Made by a program: the position numbers and the translations under genes. Under the pieces are notes generated by a model. It saw only the letters and a list, made by a program, of their open reading frames with translations, was not told the origin of the DNA and searched no databases. Shown piece by piece: positions 9,214-17,995 of a DNA stretch of 50,778 bases. The first letter of the stretch is position 1. Each line of letters starts with the position of its first letter. The DNA is from a virus (Duplodnaviria > Caudoviricetes): IMG/VR virus record IMGVR_UViG_3300036806_000033, positions 1 through 50,778 of that record; one strand, 5' to 3'.

Positions 9214-9690
9214 TTATGAAGTTGCGAAGGGAGTAGCAAGTGTACCCGTCGCGGAAAGAGTACCTTCAATGTGCCATTGCGTGGGAGAAATAAGTACACA
9301 TTTGAAATAGTCACCAACCGTACCACCACCAGTAGTTTGAGCAGAACCTGCTAAGTTAATAGAACGAATAGTACTACCATTTGCTGCATATCGAGTGACT
9401 GTTAGTGCTTTGTCCATATAGACACCGCCAGCTAAGAAGGTAGTAGCAGCATCAGTAATAACCTTGTAGGTATTAGAAGTATTAACCACTCCTACGAAGA
9501 AATCAAACCTAGTACCGATTGGACATTTAGCAGGAGAAGGTAAAGTAACTGTAGCACCAGTTAGCGTATTAAACACAACATTTGCATTCGCTCCAGAAGG
9601 TAGTAAAGTATTAGCGGTAACAGTTATGGTATTAGATAGATTCATCAAAGCATTGTTTGAAAAATCTATTTGTCGAGAGATATCAACCAT
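9214..9690 (-). CDS. Probable virion decoration/structural protein, first gene of the late arm
   Basis: T/A/G-rich beta sequence (VTLP...GTRFDF; GG.VGD...W.IEG; ATPFATS); AAGGA RBS. Confidence 0.65.
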   Translation of the reverse strand: MVDISRQIDFSNNALMNLSNTITVTANTLLPSGANANVVFNTLTGATVTLPSPAKCPIGTRFDFFVGVVNTSNTYKVITDAATTFLAGGVYMDKALTVTRYAANGSTIRSINLAGSAQTTGGGTVGDYFKCVLISPTQWHIEGTLSATGTLATPFATS

Positions 9691-9862
9691 GTGAAATATA
9701 TATTCCTTTAGAAAAGATTAGAGCATACGTCTATGCTTGATAATCATTGTATCATAGAAAGAAACAGATGTCAACAACTAAATTAGATTATATTAAAATA
9801 AAAAGAGAAAGAAATGCATCAAGACAATCACAACAAGAATATATTGGAAAGAAGAGATATTC

Positions 9863-10066
9863 ATGAATAAACCTATTAAAGTAGTACAAGATTCTACTTA
9901 TCCAGATATGTATAGATTAGAATGGAAAGATGGTATATTATCACAAGACATGTACAATTTAAGCCGTGCTCATGATATTTTACGTAATTACCGAGAATAC
10001 CGTAAAAACATGACTTTACGCAGTGCTAATAGCCTCCCTGGTAAGAGTTTAGATAGTGCCAGCTAG
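9863..10066 (+). CDS. Small conserved hypothetical protein
   Basis: D..YPDMYRL.W.DG.LS.DMYNLSRA.D motif, recalled from Rhizobiales-associated small proteins. Confidence 0.6.
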   Translation: MNKPIKVVQDSTYPDMYRLEWKDGILSQDMYNLSRAHDILRNYREYRKNMTLRSANSLPGKSLDSAS

Positions 10067-10810
10067 GGTAGTAGCCACCTATGAAAAACAGCCTTAAATT
10101 GGCATATTTAGCTAATAAACCTAAGACTATTTGGTGGAAGGTAATAGCACCTAAAAATGCGAGATTATCACCAATTCAAAGATATGATTTAATTTATGAT
10201 GAGAAAGATTTAAAGATTAGGAGACTTATATAAATTTTTTTGTATATAATTTTTCTGTGAGATATTTTTAAGCAATGATAAAATTTTGTGAGTAATTTTG
10301 GAGAGGTGATTCATTCGGCCCTTTGCACCCCCCGTCACCCCCTCATACCCCGTCAAGGATTATAGCTTAGGCAGCTTTCCAACTGTCGTTATATAGGGCA
10401 ATATACTACGTTCTAAGGCAATATCTCGCGAGGTTATCATATTGTATCATATTGTATAGAAGAGTATAGAAGAGTCATTTTTTAATATGAATTCTTTTGT
10501 AACATACTATAAGATACAGTATAAACATATTGTTCTCATATTGATTATACTGTTTACAACTGTAAGTATACTATAACATACTAATGTATACTATTTAGTG
10601 GCAGGATAGACTGCCTCTTGAAAGTTGTAATGTAAGAGTAACTGGTTGTGCAACTTTAAGCATAGCGGTAAGTTGCATGTTGTGCAACTATAGCGTTAAG
10701 TGTGACGATATGCGACAGTACATAACATGAACAGCCACCTGGCAGACAATTGCTCTGCTTAAGTGGCTTTGCTATGTGTGGAATGTGCAATCAAGCACAA
10801 CGGAGCGAAG
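10067..10810. other. AT-rich non-coding region between the divergent arms; probable physical genome termini
   Basis: No credible ORF; C-tracts at 10328-10355; tandem 10-mers at 10435-10474; repeated TTGTGCAACT. Confidence 0.6.
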
Positions 10811-10812
10811 CT

Positions 10813-10956
10813 ATGACATTCAAGTATACCAAGCGAGGAGGAATGCGGTTCCTGAGAATAGGACGCATCCAACTAACTATCTGTATCTGCAAAACAGTAG
10901 CTTGGGTAATGCCTGAGATACTGGACCTTAACCGCAAACCTTATCAAGGGAGATAA
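10813..10956 (+). CDS. Small early protein
   Basis: GGAG RBS before ATG 10813 (MTFKYTKRGGMRFLRIGRIQLTIC), a better start than 10750. Confidence 0.55.
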   Translation: MTFKYTKRGGMRFLRIGRIQLTICICKTVAWVMPEILDLNRKPYQGR

Positions 10957-10958
10957 CC

Positions 10959-11192
10959 ATGTATTATTGTATCGTGAAACAAGAGCGGCCTAATCTCAAT
11001 GCTTGCTTAGGTAATGGTAAGCAATGCGATATATGTACTAACTATCAATCAGGTAATGAGCGTCCTCAATATCCCGTGCCTGCAATACCTGTTCTATTTG
11101 ATCCGATCACAGCATTCCATCAAGGTAAGGTGTATCACGGCACATTCATTGAACATGCAATAACAGGTGAAACACTGAATTGGTACGAATAG
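10959..11192 (+). CDS. Cys-rich small early protein
   Basis: GGAG RBS; C..C motif. Confidence 0.6.
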   Translation: MYYCIVKQERPNLNACLGNGKQCDICTNYQSGNERPQYPVPAIPVLFDPITAFHQGKVYHGTFIEHAITGETLNWYE

Positions 11193-11204
11193 CCCTAAAC
11201 CTAT

Positions 11205-11232
11205 TCGACATAACCATTAAACCTATTATAAT
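11205..11232 (+). promoter_or_regulatory. Sigma70-type early promoter P1
   Basis: TCGACA-16 bp-TATAAT; shares GACATAACC...TTATAATGG with the promoter at 14026. Confidence 0.65.
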
Positions 11233-11314
11233 GGTTATATTGATAGTTGCTACAGAGCGGCGATGGTATGTGCGCCGCTCTAAGCAGCAATCAAGCTGCA
11301 TAGGAGACTACGTT

Positions 11315-12904
11315 ATGGCTACGACAATCACTCTGAAGACTAAGAAGCCCGCCACTGCTAAGGTATCTAACAAGGTAGAGCAACCGGCTATGATCGATAA
11401 GGCATTAGAGAACGCTATTCGTGCGGCATACTCGCAGACATACTATGCTGACCCTGTGCTGCAACAAGGTGATGCGGTCTGCACTCTGTCACCTGAGTAC
11501 ATCACGCAAGTCGTGAACCATGTCAGGGCGCAGAATGCAAACGTTCCTATCACTGCCGCAACGTTCTCCATCAAGGATGGCGCATGGGAACATGAGATCG
11601 CAGGCATTGTGCTTGCGGCTGTGAGTGAGGCGGAGAGCAATCAAGCTAACCAGCAAGATACTTCGCCTGATCTCTCTCCAACCGAGATACGTTCTAGTGC
11701 TGCTGCTGCTGCAATGGTCATGAACAATGACGCTGAAATCAATGACGTGTTGTCGCGTGTTGTCATTAGCGAACACACAAGGCGTACTGCGCCGGCTCTG
11801 CTTGCCTTCAGACTGAAGAATGACTTTGTTCGCTTCGCGGATGACGGCACTCTGCTATGCAACATGATTGAAGGGACGGGACCGGAGTTCGACGGCAATG
11901 CTTATTCCCCTTGGCCGGCAATCGGTACGAAAGAGACCGACAAGGACGGCAAGAAGATCAACAATAACCCAGATATATCGAAGGTTAAGTCTACCGAAAA
12001 CAAGTCAGGGTTTGTCGAAGTCTCTTGGTATTACCAAGCTATCTGTATGTCCACCGAAGGGAAGAAGTTCGCTGCCCTTATCAAGGAATATCATGCGGCT
12101 GCGAATGAGAACCCTTCGGGTAGGTTTGCCGATAAGCACTCGCCTGATTATCTAGGACGTGGTGCCGCATCGAAGGAAGCCATTCGGTGCAAGTCAGCAT
12201 TGCAGGATATGACTAAGGCATTAAAGAAGGCGACCATGATACTCCGTCATATGTGGAGCGTTGACGAAATGGCACCTGAAGGACAGCCGCCTCGTTGCAC
12301 TGCCCGGTTTGACGTTGCTCATACTTGGGACGTGAAAGAGCAATGCTGGAATGATGACGAGACCAAACTGATGGAGTCAGCTGCGCCCATCATCGTCACA
12401 GACAACGTGTCCAGGGAAACCGAACGCTTTGACGTTAACCGTTTCTTGGGAATGGACACATACACGGCAGGCATCAACGGCGGCTCAATGTCGGACCTGC
12501 TAAAGGCCGTGGGCAAGGCAAAGATCAAGAGGACTCCCGGCAGTGGCACAGGACAGACACCACAAAGCCCGATCAACGAAAAGGCCACGGCAATGACGAT
12601 GGATGAAACGTCTACCGCCTTTGCACGTATGGCAACGACAGTCGAGACTACAGCGGCATGGGCCAATTATGAACGCTATCTCTCGACTGCCGATCATGAC
12701 GATGCACTGCAATCGACGTGGCGCATACTGGTTGCGGTGCAAGCCATGTTCCAAACTAAACCCGACTTCCGAGCTAGGATCGTCAAGCTGGAGAAGATGA
12801 AGGCCGAGTCGGTGGACGATATCGCAGGGCTGGGACCGAAGACGGTAGCACCTGCTGCTGGTGGCACACGAGAGAAGTTGATACTTGCTAGCAAGCGTGC
12901 CTAA
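11315..12904 (+). CDS. Large early protein of unknown function (529 aa)
   Basis: AGGAG RBS before ATG 11315, in frame with the ORF called from 11180; own promoter and terminator. Confidence 0.85.
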   Translation: MATTITLKTKKPATAKVSNKVEQPAMIDKALENAIRAAYSQTYYADPVLQQGDAVCTLSPEYITQVVNHVRAQNANVPITAATFSIKDGAWEHEIAGIVLAAVSEAESNQANQQDTSPDLSPTEIRSSAAAAAMVMNNDAEINDVLSRVVISEHTRRTAPALLAFRLKNDFVRFADDGTLLCNMIEGTGPEFDGNAYSPWPAIGTKETDKDGKKINNNPDISKVKSTENKSGFVEVSWYYQAICMSTEGKKFAALIKEYHAAANENPSGRFADKHSPDYLGRGAASKEAIRCKSALQDMTKALKKATMILRHMWSVDEMAPEGQPPRCTARFDVAHTWDVKEQCWNDDETKLMESAAPIIVTDNVSRETERFDVNRFLGMDTYTAGINGGSMSDLLKAVGKAKIKRTPGSGTGQTPQSPINEKATAMTMDETSTAFARMATTVETTAAWANYERYLSTADHDDALQSTWRILVAVQAMFQTKPDFRARIVKLEKMKAESVDDIAGLGPKTVAPAAGGTREKLILASKRA

Positions 12905-12925
12905 TCTATTTACCATCGAACTAAT

Positions 12926-12954
12926 GAGGGGGCAGAAATGCCCCCTCTTTTTTT
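12926..12954 (+). terminator. Rho-independent terminator
   Basis: GAGGGGGCA-GAAA-TGCCCCCTC followed by a T run. Confidence 0.92.
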
Positions 12955-13103
12955 ATGTCTTGCGTTGTATACGGTTGTATATAACCGAGCTCTTTTCTCA
13001 ATTCATTAAAACAAAAGACTGATGCATATAATATCATAGGTAGTGCAGCTATTGCACATACTATTAATATAAACTCTATCATTAACATGGTTGGTAGTAT
13101 CCT

Positions 13104-13208
13104 TTACGTGAATATAATATGGATTAAGTATACTGATCCTATTACTATAACTGATAATAGTATACCAGCTATAATGGTGAAGATAATATCTTGTAGGGAT
13201 AGAGGCAT
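13104..13208 (-). CDS. Single-TM micro-protein (34 aa)
   Basis: MPLSLQDIIFTIIAGILLSVIVIGSVYLIHIIFT; AGGA upstream. Confidence 0.5.
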   Translation of the reverse strand: MPLSLQDIIFTIIAGILLSVIVIGSVYLIHIIFT

Positions 13209-13450
13209 TTTGATTAAGTTCCTATCACGAATTGCTCGCGAGAAAGGCCCGGCTTATAGTGTTGTCGTGTGCTCCAAGGAATATCCACTAGGCTACGCTT
13301 AAACACGGCTCTGATACGCTTCTGGGTCTTTGTCATTACTGATATAAGAACATACATTGATTGGTGAAATGAACTGCTGAGCAGTCCCACATAACTGGAT
13401 CATTAATAATATCTAACGAATAGACCGATAAGGTTAACAGACTAAACATG

Positions 13451-13642
13451 TTATGTCAAGTTTTCTGGTTCATATTTAGCAATGCAGTATCCTTTATGTT
13501 CTAATTTATTTATAAACTCTCTGACAGTCTGTTGATCAGTATCTAATATACTCATCAAAGCTCTAAATCCAGGAGTAAAGATTTCACCTATTGGTGGAGA
13601 CCAACCAGAGACTTCTCCTGTACCTTCTATATTTAAGTCCAT
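13451..13642 (-). CDS. Small hypothetical protein (leftward mini-operon)
   Basis: 63-aa ORF coupled by TAATG to the upstream ORF. Confidence 0.55.
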   Translation of the reverse strand: MDLNIEGTGEVSGWSPPIGEIFTPGFRALMSILDTDQQTVREFINKLEHKGYCIAKYEPENLT

Positions 13643-13821
13643 TATGCTTCTAGATATAAATCTATCCTCTGTTTAAGTATCTCTTCTGTTGTCCACTGCT
13701 GATTAAGTTCTGGAATGGTAGTAGGGGTAGATACTGTCCAGAATAATGTTTCATTATTGTGATCTGCTGCTGTCTTTACTAGAGTAAATCCTCTGTATGT
13801 TACTGTATGTGTTATCGTCAT
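13642..13821 (-). CDS. Small hypothetical protein (59 aa, leftward mini-operon)
   Basis: MTITHTVTYRGFTLVKTAADHNNETLFWTV...LYLEA. Confidence 0.55.
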   Translation of the reverse strand: MTITHTVTYRGFTLVKTAADHNNETLFWTVSTPTTIPELNQQWTTEEILKQRIDLYLEA

Positions 13822-14025
13822 TTGTTCTCTTCTATATGCGCCTATCTCTTCTGTGTAAGCGCTCTATTATATATCTAGGTATTTATCCTAGACTCTTAAA
13901 ACCTTTTATCCTAGAGTTCGCTAGTGGACCTTCAGAACCAGTGCGACAAGAGCGTTACGCGTATCATATTTTGAGAGAAAAAGCAAGCATTATTTTAAAC
14001 TAAGGGAAAATAGTCCTAATCTCAT

Positions 14026-14053
14026 TTGACATAACCTCCTAATGCTTTATAAT
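14026..14053 (+). promoter_or_regulatory. Consensus sigma70 early promoter P2
   Basis: TTGACA-16 bp-TATAAT upstream of the AGGAGG RBS of 14095. Confidence 0.85.
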
Positions 14054-14094
14054 GGATAATATGAAGTTGCATCTGAGAAAAAGGAGGAGATCAG

Positions 14095-14385
14095 ATGGAA
14101 ATCACCACACTAAATCCTAAGCCAAGGATATCACCAAACATCGACAATCCCGTCGTCGATATCCTGTACCGCTGTTATCTTGAACAGCGTGGTCGGTTCA
14201 TCCGACACAACGAGATACCACGAGACTCGCAAGCGATGTATCGCAATGATGTCGCCAACATCGTGGACATTTACAATGGTCCGAGTGGTCGCTGGACTGT
14301 TGACGACATTCTCTCTGAGTTTCACTTGGCTGAGAAGGCTAGATATGTGCGACCTAAGTTTCTGTTGGAAACCTACAACATGTAA
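14095..14385 (+). CDS. Early hypothetical protein
   Basis: AGGAGG RBS, 96 aa. Confidence 0.75.
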   Translation: MEITTLNPKPRISPNIDNPVVDILYRCYLEQRGRFIRHNEIPRDSQAMYRNDVANIVDIYNGPSGRWTVDDILSEFHLAEKARYVRPKFLLETYNM

Positions 14386-14690
14386 TGGAGGAAAACATGT
14401 CTGGTGGCTATGTTGCAGTAGCGTCCCATGAAATGGGACACACGCTTGTGTTTGGTCCTTTCTATTATCAGAGAGATGCTCTCGACTTTATTGAAGGGGA
14501 ACGTCATAAAAAAGAAGCCAGACACTATAGTTTTCGTCTGGCCACTATACAGCCTGCTGAAAAGCGTTGGTACGGTAGCGACGGTAACCGACAATTCTAT
14601 AAAAGATTACGTCCAGAATGGAAGCGCAATAAAAAACAATGGCGCGAAGACTGGGCACAGTTAATGATCGACCTTCCGCTAGGAGGATGA
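14385..14690 (+). CDS. Early hypothetical protein (may start at 14397)
   Basis: GGAGG RBS; coupled to the upstream gene. Confidence 0.7.
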   Translation: MEENMSGGYVAVASHEMGHTLVFGPFYYQRDALDFIEGERHKKEARHYSFRLATIQPAEKRWYGSDGNRQFYKRLRPEWKRNKKQWREDWAQLMIDLPLGG

Positions 14691-14784
14691 TCCTCCTCAT
14701 CGTCGAACACCCATTGGTGTTCATGGCCTGCTCAGCTGTGGCTGAGTGGGTCTTCCTAATGTTTATCATCAGGAGATTTGTGTG

Positions 14785-14988
14785 ATGGCTAAGCTTCGAA
14801 AACTAGCCGGAGAAACAGTCGATGAGATAGCTGCTATTCAGCGTGTGTTGAAAGATCACATCAAAGACAGCACTGTAAGGCATGTTGTTGCACACAGCTG
14901 TGTGGCTGCAGCTAAGGCTGCACGTATTGCATTCTTTGAAGAGAACCTGAGAAGGGGAAAGAACGGAGATAACGACAATGGCACATAA
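14785..14988 (+). CDS. Early hypothetical protein
   Basis: AGGAG RBS before MAKLRKLAGETVDE. Confidence 0.65.
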   Translation: MAKLRKLAGETVDEIAAIQRVLKDHIKDSTVRHVVAHSCVAAAKAARIAFFEENLRRGKNGDNDNGT

Positions 14989-15295
14989 ACATGGAGCGCG
15001 TAAGCGCTGGAAGCAGGCTATCGCTGGTAAGATTGAAGCTGTACCAGGAACAGTCGTCAAGTCTTTCTCTACCCTTGTCTACCGTCTCCGAGGCGAGGGT
15101 TATCAGTACGATCAGGAGACAGACTTTTGGTATTACATCACTAACCCGGAGGAACGTGATGCGGCGATCGAAGCATACCGCAAAGAGCGAGAAGAAGCCA
15201 AAAGAGAAACAGCGGCGCTTACAAGGCAAGTTAAAGAAGAGCGTCGACGAAGCGCTAACCGTGGACAAATCAAGCTTACCACCATCTCCGCTTAA
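14978..15295 (+). CDS. Early basic / coiled-coil protein
   Basis: GGAG RBS; charged helical C-terminal half. Confidence 0.7.
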   Translation: MAHKHGARKRWKQAIAGKIEAVPGTVVKSFSTLVYRLRGEGYQYDQETDFWYYITNPEERDAAIEAYRKEREEAKRETAALTRQVKEERRRSANRGQIKLTTISA

Positions 15296-15521
15296 AGCAG
15301 GAGAAGTCCGCCGAGCTAAACGCGGACATAAAATTCTCATAGAATAGCACGGCTTAGAGCGCGTCTAAGTCTGTGCATAGGGGACGGAGAAGCCACCCGA
15401 ACGCACCAAAGGCACCCGTCCCCTACTTATTCACATAGGCTATCTAACTACCTCTTTTGTAATATCTCGCACCAGTGAGGCTCCTACGCTACTTCTAGGG
15501 GCATTTAAAATGGAGGAAGAG

Positions 15522-15647
15522 ATGGGACATGAACATGGATACAACTACTACATCATACCACTGATTGTGGTAGGCGTGTTATCTTGTGTGGCAGTGGCAG
15601 GACTATTCTTGCTCATTGCAACCAAGTTAATCTCTCTCATGTTTTAG
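15522..15647 (+). CDS. Single-TM micro-protein (41 aa)
   Basis: GGAGG RBS; IIPLIVVGVLSCVAVAGLFLLIA. Confidence 0.65.
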   Translation: MGHEHGYNYYIIPLIVVGVLSCVAVAGLFLLIATKLISLMF

Positions 15648-15656
15648 GAGGAATAG

Positions 15657-15827
15657 ATGGAAGGTCTCACACCAGAATTCGACTATGCTAAAGCTTGTCT
15701 AGATGCAAATAAGAAAATAGTTCATCTCGAGGAAATTCAATATAATTTATTATATTTAATACGCAAGAATTGTGACTCAGATGTCCAACGAATTGCACAC
15801 GCCTTAGTAAAGGATATAAATCAATGA
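15657..15827 (+). CDS. Small hypothetical protein (56 aa)
   Basis: AGGAGG RBS; MEGLTPEFDYAKACLD... Confidence 0.65.
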   Translation: MEGLTPEFDYAKACLDANKKIVHLEEIQYNLLYLIRKNCDSDVQRIAHALVKDINQ

Positions 15828-15977
15828 GCATACATTCAATGCCTCTGACAGCACGACTTGTATTGGAACCCACTATGCACACTGGTAGGTTCTCGCCACA
15901 CTTCGCCAGAATGTTGTGGAAGTGTGCACCAGTGAGCTTCCTACGAGGCTGGCGGGGCATTCTAAAGGAGGTCTAAC

Positions 15978-16229
15978 ATGATCTGGTTCTACGTAGCGTT
16001 TATCATATCTCTGGCAGCAAACGTAGGTTTCATCATTTACATCGTAATGATGGAACTAATGAATAAATGGGAGAAGAAAGATGCAATTCGGAACATTCCT
16101 AGTAGCGTGCGCAATCAGCCTCGGGCTTTTGTATTTAAGCCGGATAGTCAACCGGAAGGCGAAGCCGTCGTCAAAACCGAAGAACCAAGAATCAGCGACG
16201 CCATCATACGCGGACGCGGAGAAGGTTGA
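15978..16229 (+). CDS. Early protein with an N-terminal TM helix
   Basis: AAGGAGGT RBS; hydrophobic residues 1-28. Confidence 0.75.
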   Translation: MIWFYVAFIISLAANVGFIIYIVMMELMNKWEKKDAIRNIPSSVRNQPRAFVFKPDSQPEGEAVVKTEEPRISDAIIRGRGEG

Positions 16230-16253
16230 TATCACCAACCAAGGAGAATACCG

Positions 16254-16496
16254 ATGAAGGTCCGATCCTATAATGTCAAGGTAAAAGGCATTGAAGTAGA
16301 GGTCGAAAAGATCGTGATTACTCCTATCACGGTCGTGCAAACAGACCAATCCAGGCGTGTAATGTGGGTTGGTCACGTCTATTCAGCTGTGTATGATGAA
16401 CCGTTGTACACGACCATTCCAACCCTGACAGCGTCAGGAGCAACAGAGCGCGCCTTCGTGGCATGTATTGTTACCAAACATGGGGAACCGACATGA
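16254..16496 (+). CDS. Early hypothetical protein
   Basis: AAGGAG RBS. Confidence 0.7.
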   Translation: MKVRSYNVKVKGIEVEVEKIVITPITVVQTDQSRRVMWVGHVYSAVYDEPLYTTIPTLTASGATERAFVACIVTKHGEPT

Positions 16497-16678
16497 TTAT
16501 GCAATATCGGTGGTTCTTAGAATTTCGAAGGCAAGGAGAACTGGAGTGGGAAAGAGCAATGTTCGGAACTTACCCCACAGAAATAGTTGCTCTCAAAGAA
16601 TGTCGACGGCTTAATCTTTTACATTCCCCGATATTGCATTACCGTGTCTCATGGGAGGAAGTTCTAGATGACAAATGA
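16493..16678 (+). CDS. Early hypothetical protein
   Basis: ATGA-coupled start at 16493 within the ORF called 16463..16678. Confidence 0.55.
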   Translation: MIMQYRWFLEFRRQGELEWERAMFGTYPTEIVALKECRRLNLLHSPILHYRVSWEEVLDDK

Positions 16679-16970
16679 TATCGTCTTAGAAATTCTTAAT
16701 GGTCTTTCCGATGAAGATCATCAAGAGATTTCCGAACTCTCCAAGCCTATGGTTGGAGATGGAGTTTTCTCTCAAGAGAGAGAACTCGCGGGTTTGTATG
16801 CTGGAGGAGAAATCGTCGAGATCATCAAAGACGATGATGAGCCAACCTATCGAATAGCTTGGTGGGATGCTGAACAGGGTGGGTATATGAAAGATACTAC
16901 CGTCTATGAGCGAATGGATTTCTCGTATTTTAAGGACGGTAAAGCCGGAAGGACTTGGTACGCCCTGTAA
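16668..16970 (+). CDS. Acidic early hypothetical protein
   Basis: GGAGG RBS; D/E-rich. Confidence 0.75.
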   Translation: MTNDIVLEILNGLSDEDHQEISELSKPMVGDGVFSQERELAGLYAGGEIVEIIKDDDEPTYRIAWWDAEQGGYMKDTTVYERMDFSYFKDGKAGRTWYAL

Positions 16971-16975
16971 GTCAT

Positions 16976-17007
16976 TTGACTTAAGCCTTGAAAGAGGCTA
17001 GTATAAT
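16976..17007 (+). promoter_or_regulatory. Probable sigma70-type promoter P3
   Basis: TCATTTGACT...TAGTATAATGG resembles P2; 17-bp spacer to TAGTAT or 20 bp to TATAAT. Confidence 0.6.
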
Positions 17008-17032
17008 GGGATAGTCAAACAGGAGGAAAACT

Positions 17033-17440
17033 ATGCGACAGATACCGATGTTGTTGATCCTTGAAATTTTCGATGAAAATGACCTACGGTCGGACAGAGA
17101 GATCAGACATGATGTGGCAAAAAAACTAGACATAGAAATTCTTTCGTCTTCTCTCAGTGACGATCAAATGAAAAGATTATATCACATAGTGGAGGAAAAC
17201 ATGGTTGGAGGACCTTGGAAACGCGCAAAGGCAATCAATGCAAGTTCACCTACAAAATCCTGGATCAGAACCTGTCAAGAGTGTGGATCAACTCAACGGT
17301 ATAAATCTCCACATGATTACACGACAGACTCGTGGACAGAAACAAAATGTAAGAAGTGTCACAGCATAGCTCTTGACTACGGGAAGGAGGAACCCAGTGG
17401 GAAAGAACCGCAAGAAACCAAGAAAGAAGGGGAAGCATAG
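17033..17440 (+). CDS. Zinc-ribbon protein
   Basis: CQEC ... CKKC; AGGAGG RBS. Confidence 0.7.
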   Translation: MRQIPMLLILEIFDENDLRSDREIRHDVAKKLDIEILSSSLSDDQMKRLYHIVEENMVGGPWKRAKAINASSPTKSWIRTCQECGSTQRYKSPHDYTTDSWTETKCKKCHSIALDYGKEEPSGKEPQETKKEGEA

Positions 17441-17837
17441 GCGTTACGCCTTACGTTCTGAAGCTAAACCCTTCAACACTGGACCAACACCTGCTTCTGT
17501 CGAAGCCCATTGGCGTGAAGAGCGCAAAATAGAAGAGCAGAAGCGCAACACACAAAACCAAGTTTCTCTTTCCCAGATTAGAGAGATTTGGAAAGGATCA
17601 AGACGACAAGGTGAAATTGAGTATTACCGAATTGTTGTGAAAGAAATCAAACATTATTACCAACTCGCATTACAATTCAGTGGAAACCAGTTCGTCTGGG
17701 AATACACAGACTGGCGCACCGAGAAGCGTAAACTTTCGATAGTATATGGCTCTAAAGAAAGAGCCTTTGAAGTGATGAACTCCGAGCGAGGCATCACTTG
17801 GAAAACTGAAATGGATTTTGACGGTAACGTCAGATAG
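17373..17837 (+). CDS. Basic hypothetical protein (start uncertain)
   Basis: 154-aa ORF filling the operon. Confidence 0.6.
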   Translation: MTTGRRNPVGKNRKKPRKKGKHRRYALRSEAKPFNTGPTPASVEAHWREERKIEEQKRNTQNQVSLSQIREIWKGSRRQGEIEYYRIVVKEIKHYYQLALQFSGNQFVWEYTDWRTEKRKLSIVYGSKERAFEVMNSERGITWKTEMDFDGNVR

Positions 17838-17995
17838 AGCTAGTGCTGCCCGTTCTCCTCCCTCGGGCAGTGCGAGGGGGAGAGGTACTCCACGTTCTCG
17901 GACAACGTGTAGAAACAGGCGTTGCGTTCCTGTTGTATCTCTCCCCCGTGTTTACTTGTAGGTGGAATGAAACCTTCTAACTTGAAAGGAGATAA

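Noticed and set aside
11315-12904. Single-subunit RNA polymerase or integrase
   Set aside because: Too short for a T7-type RNA polymerase, and lacking DxxGR, motif A/B/C and tyrosine or serine recombinase catalytic motifs
13087-13302. Plus-strand 71-aa ORF
   Set aside because: More plausibly the shadow of the minus-strand TM peptide 13208-13104; no RBS
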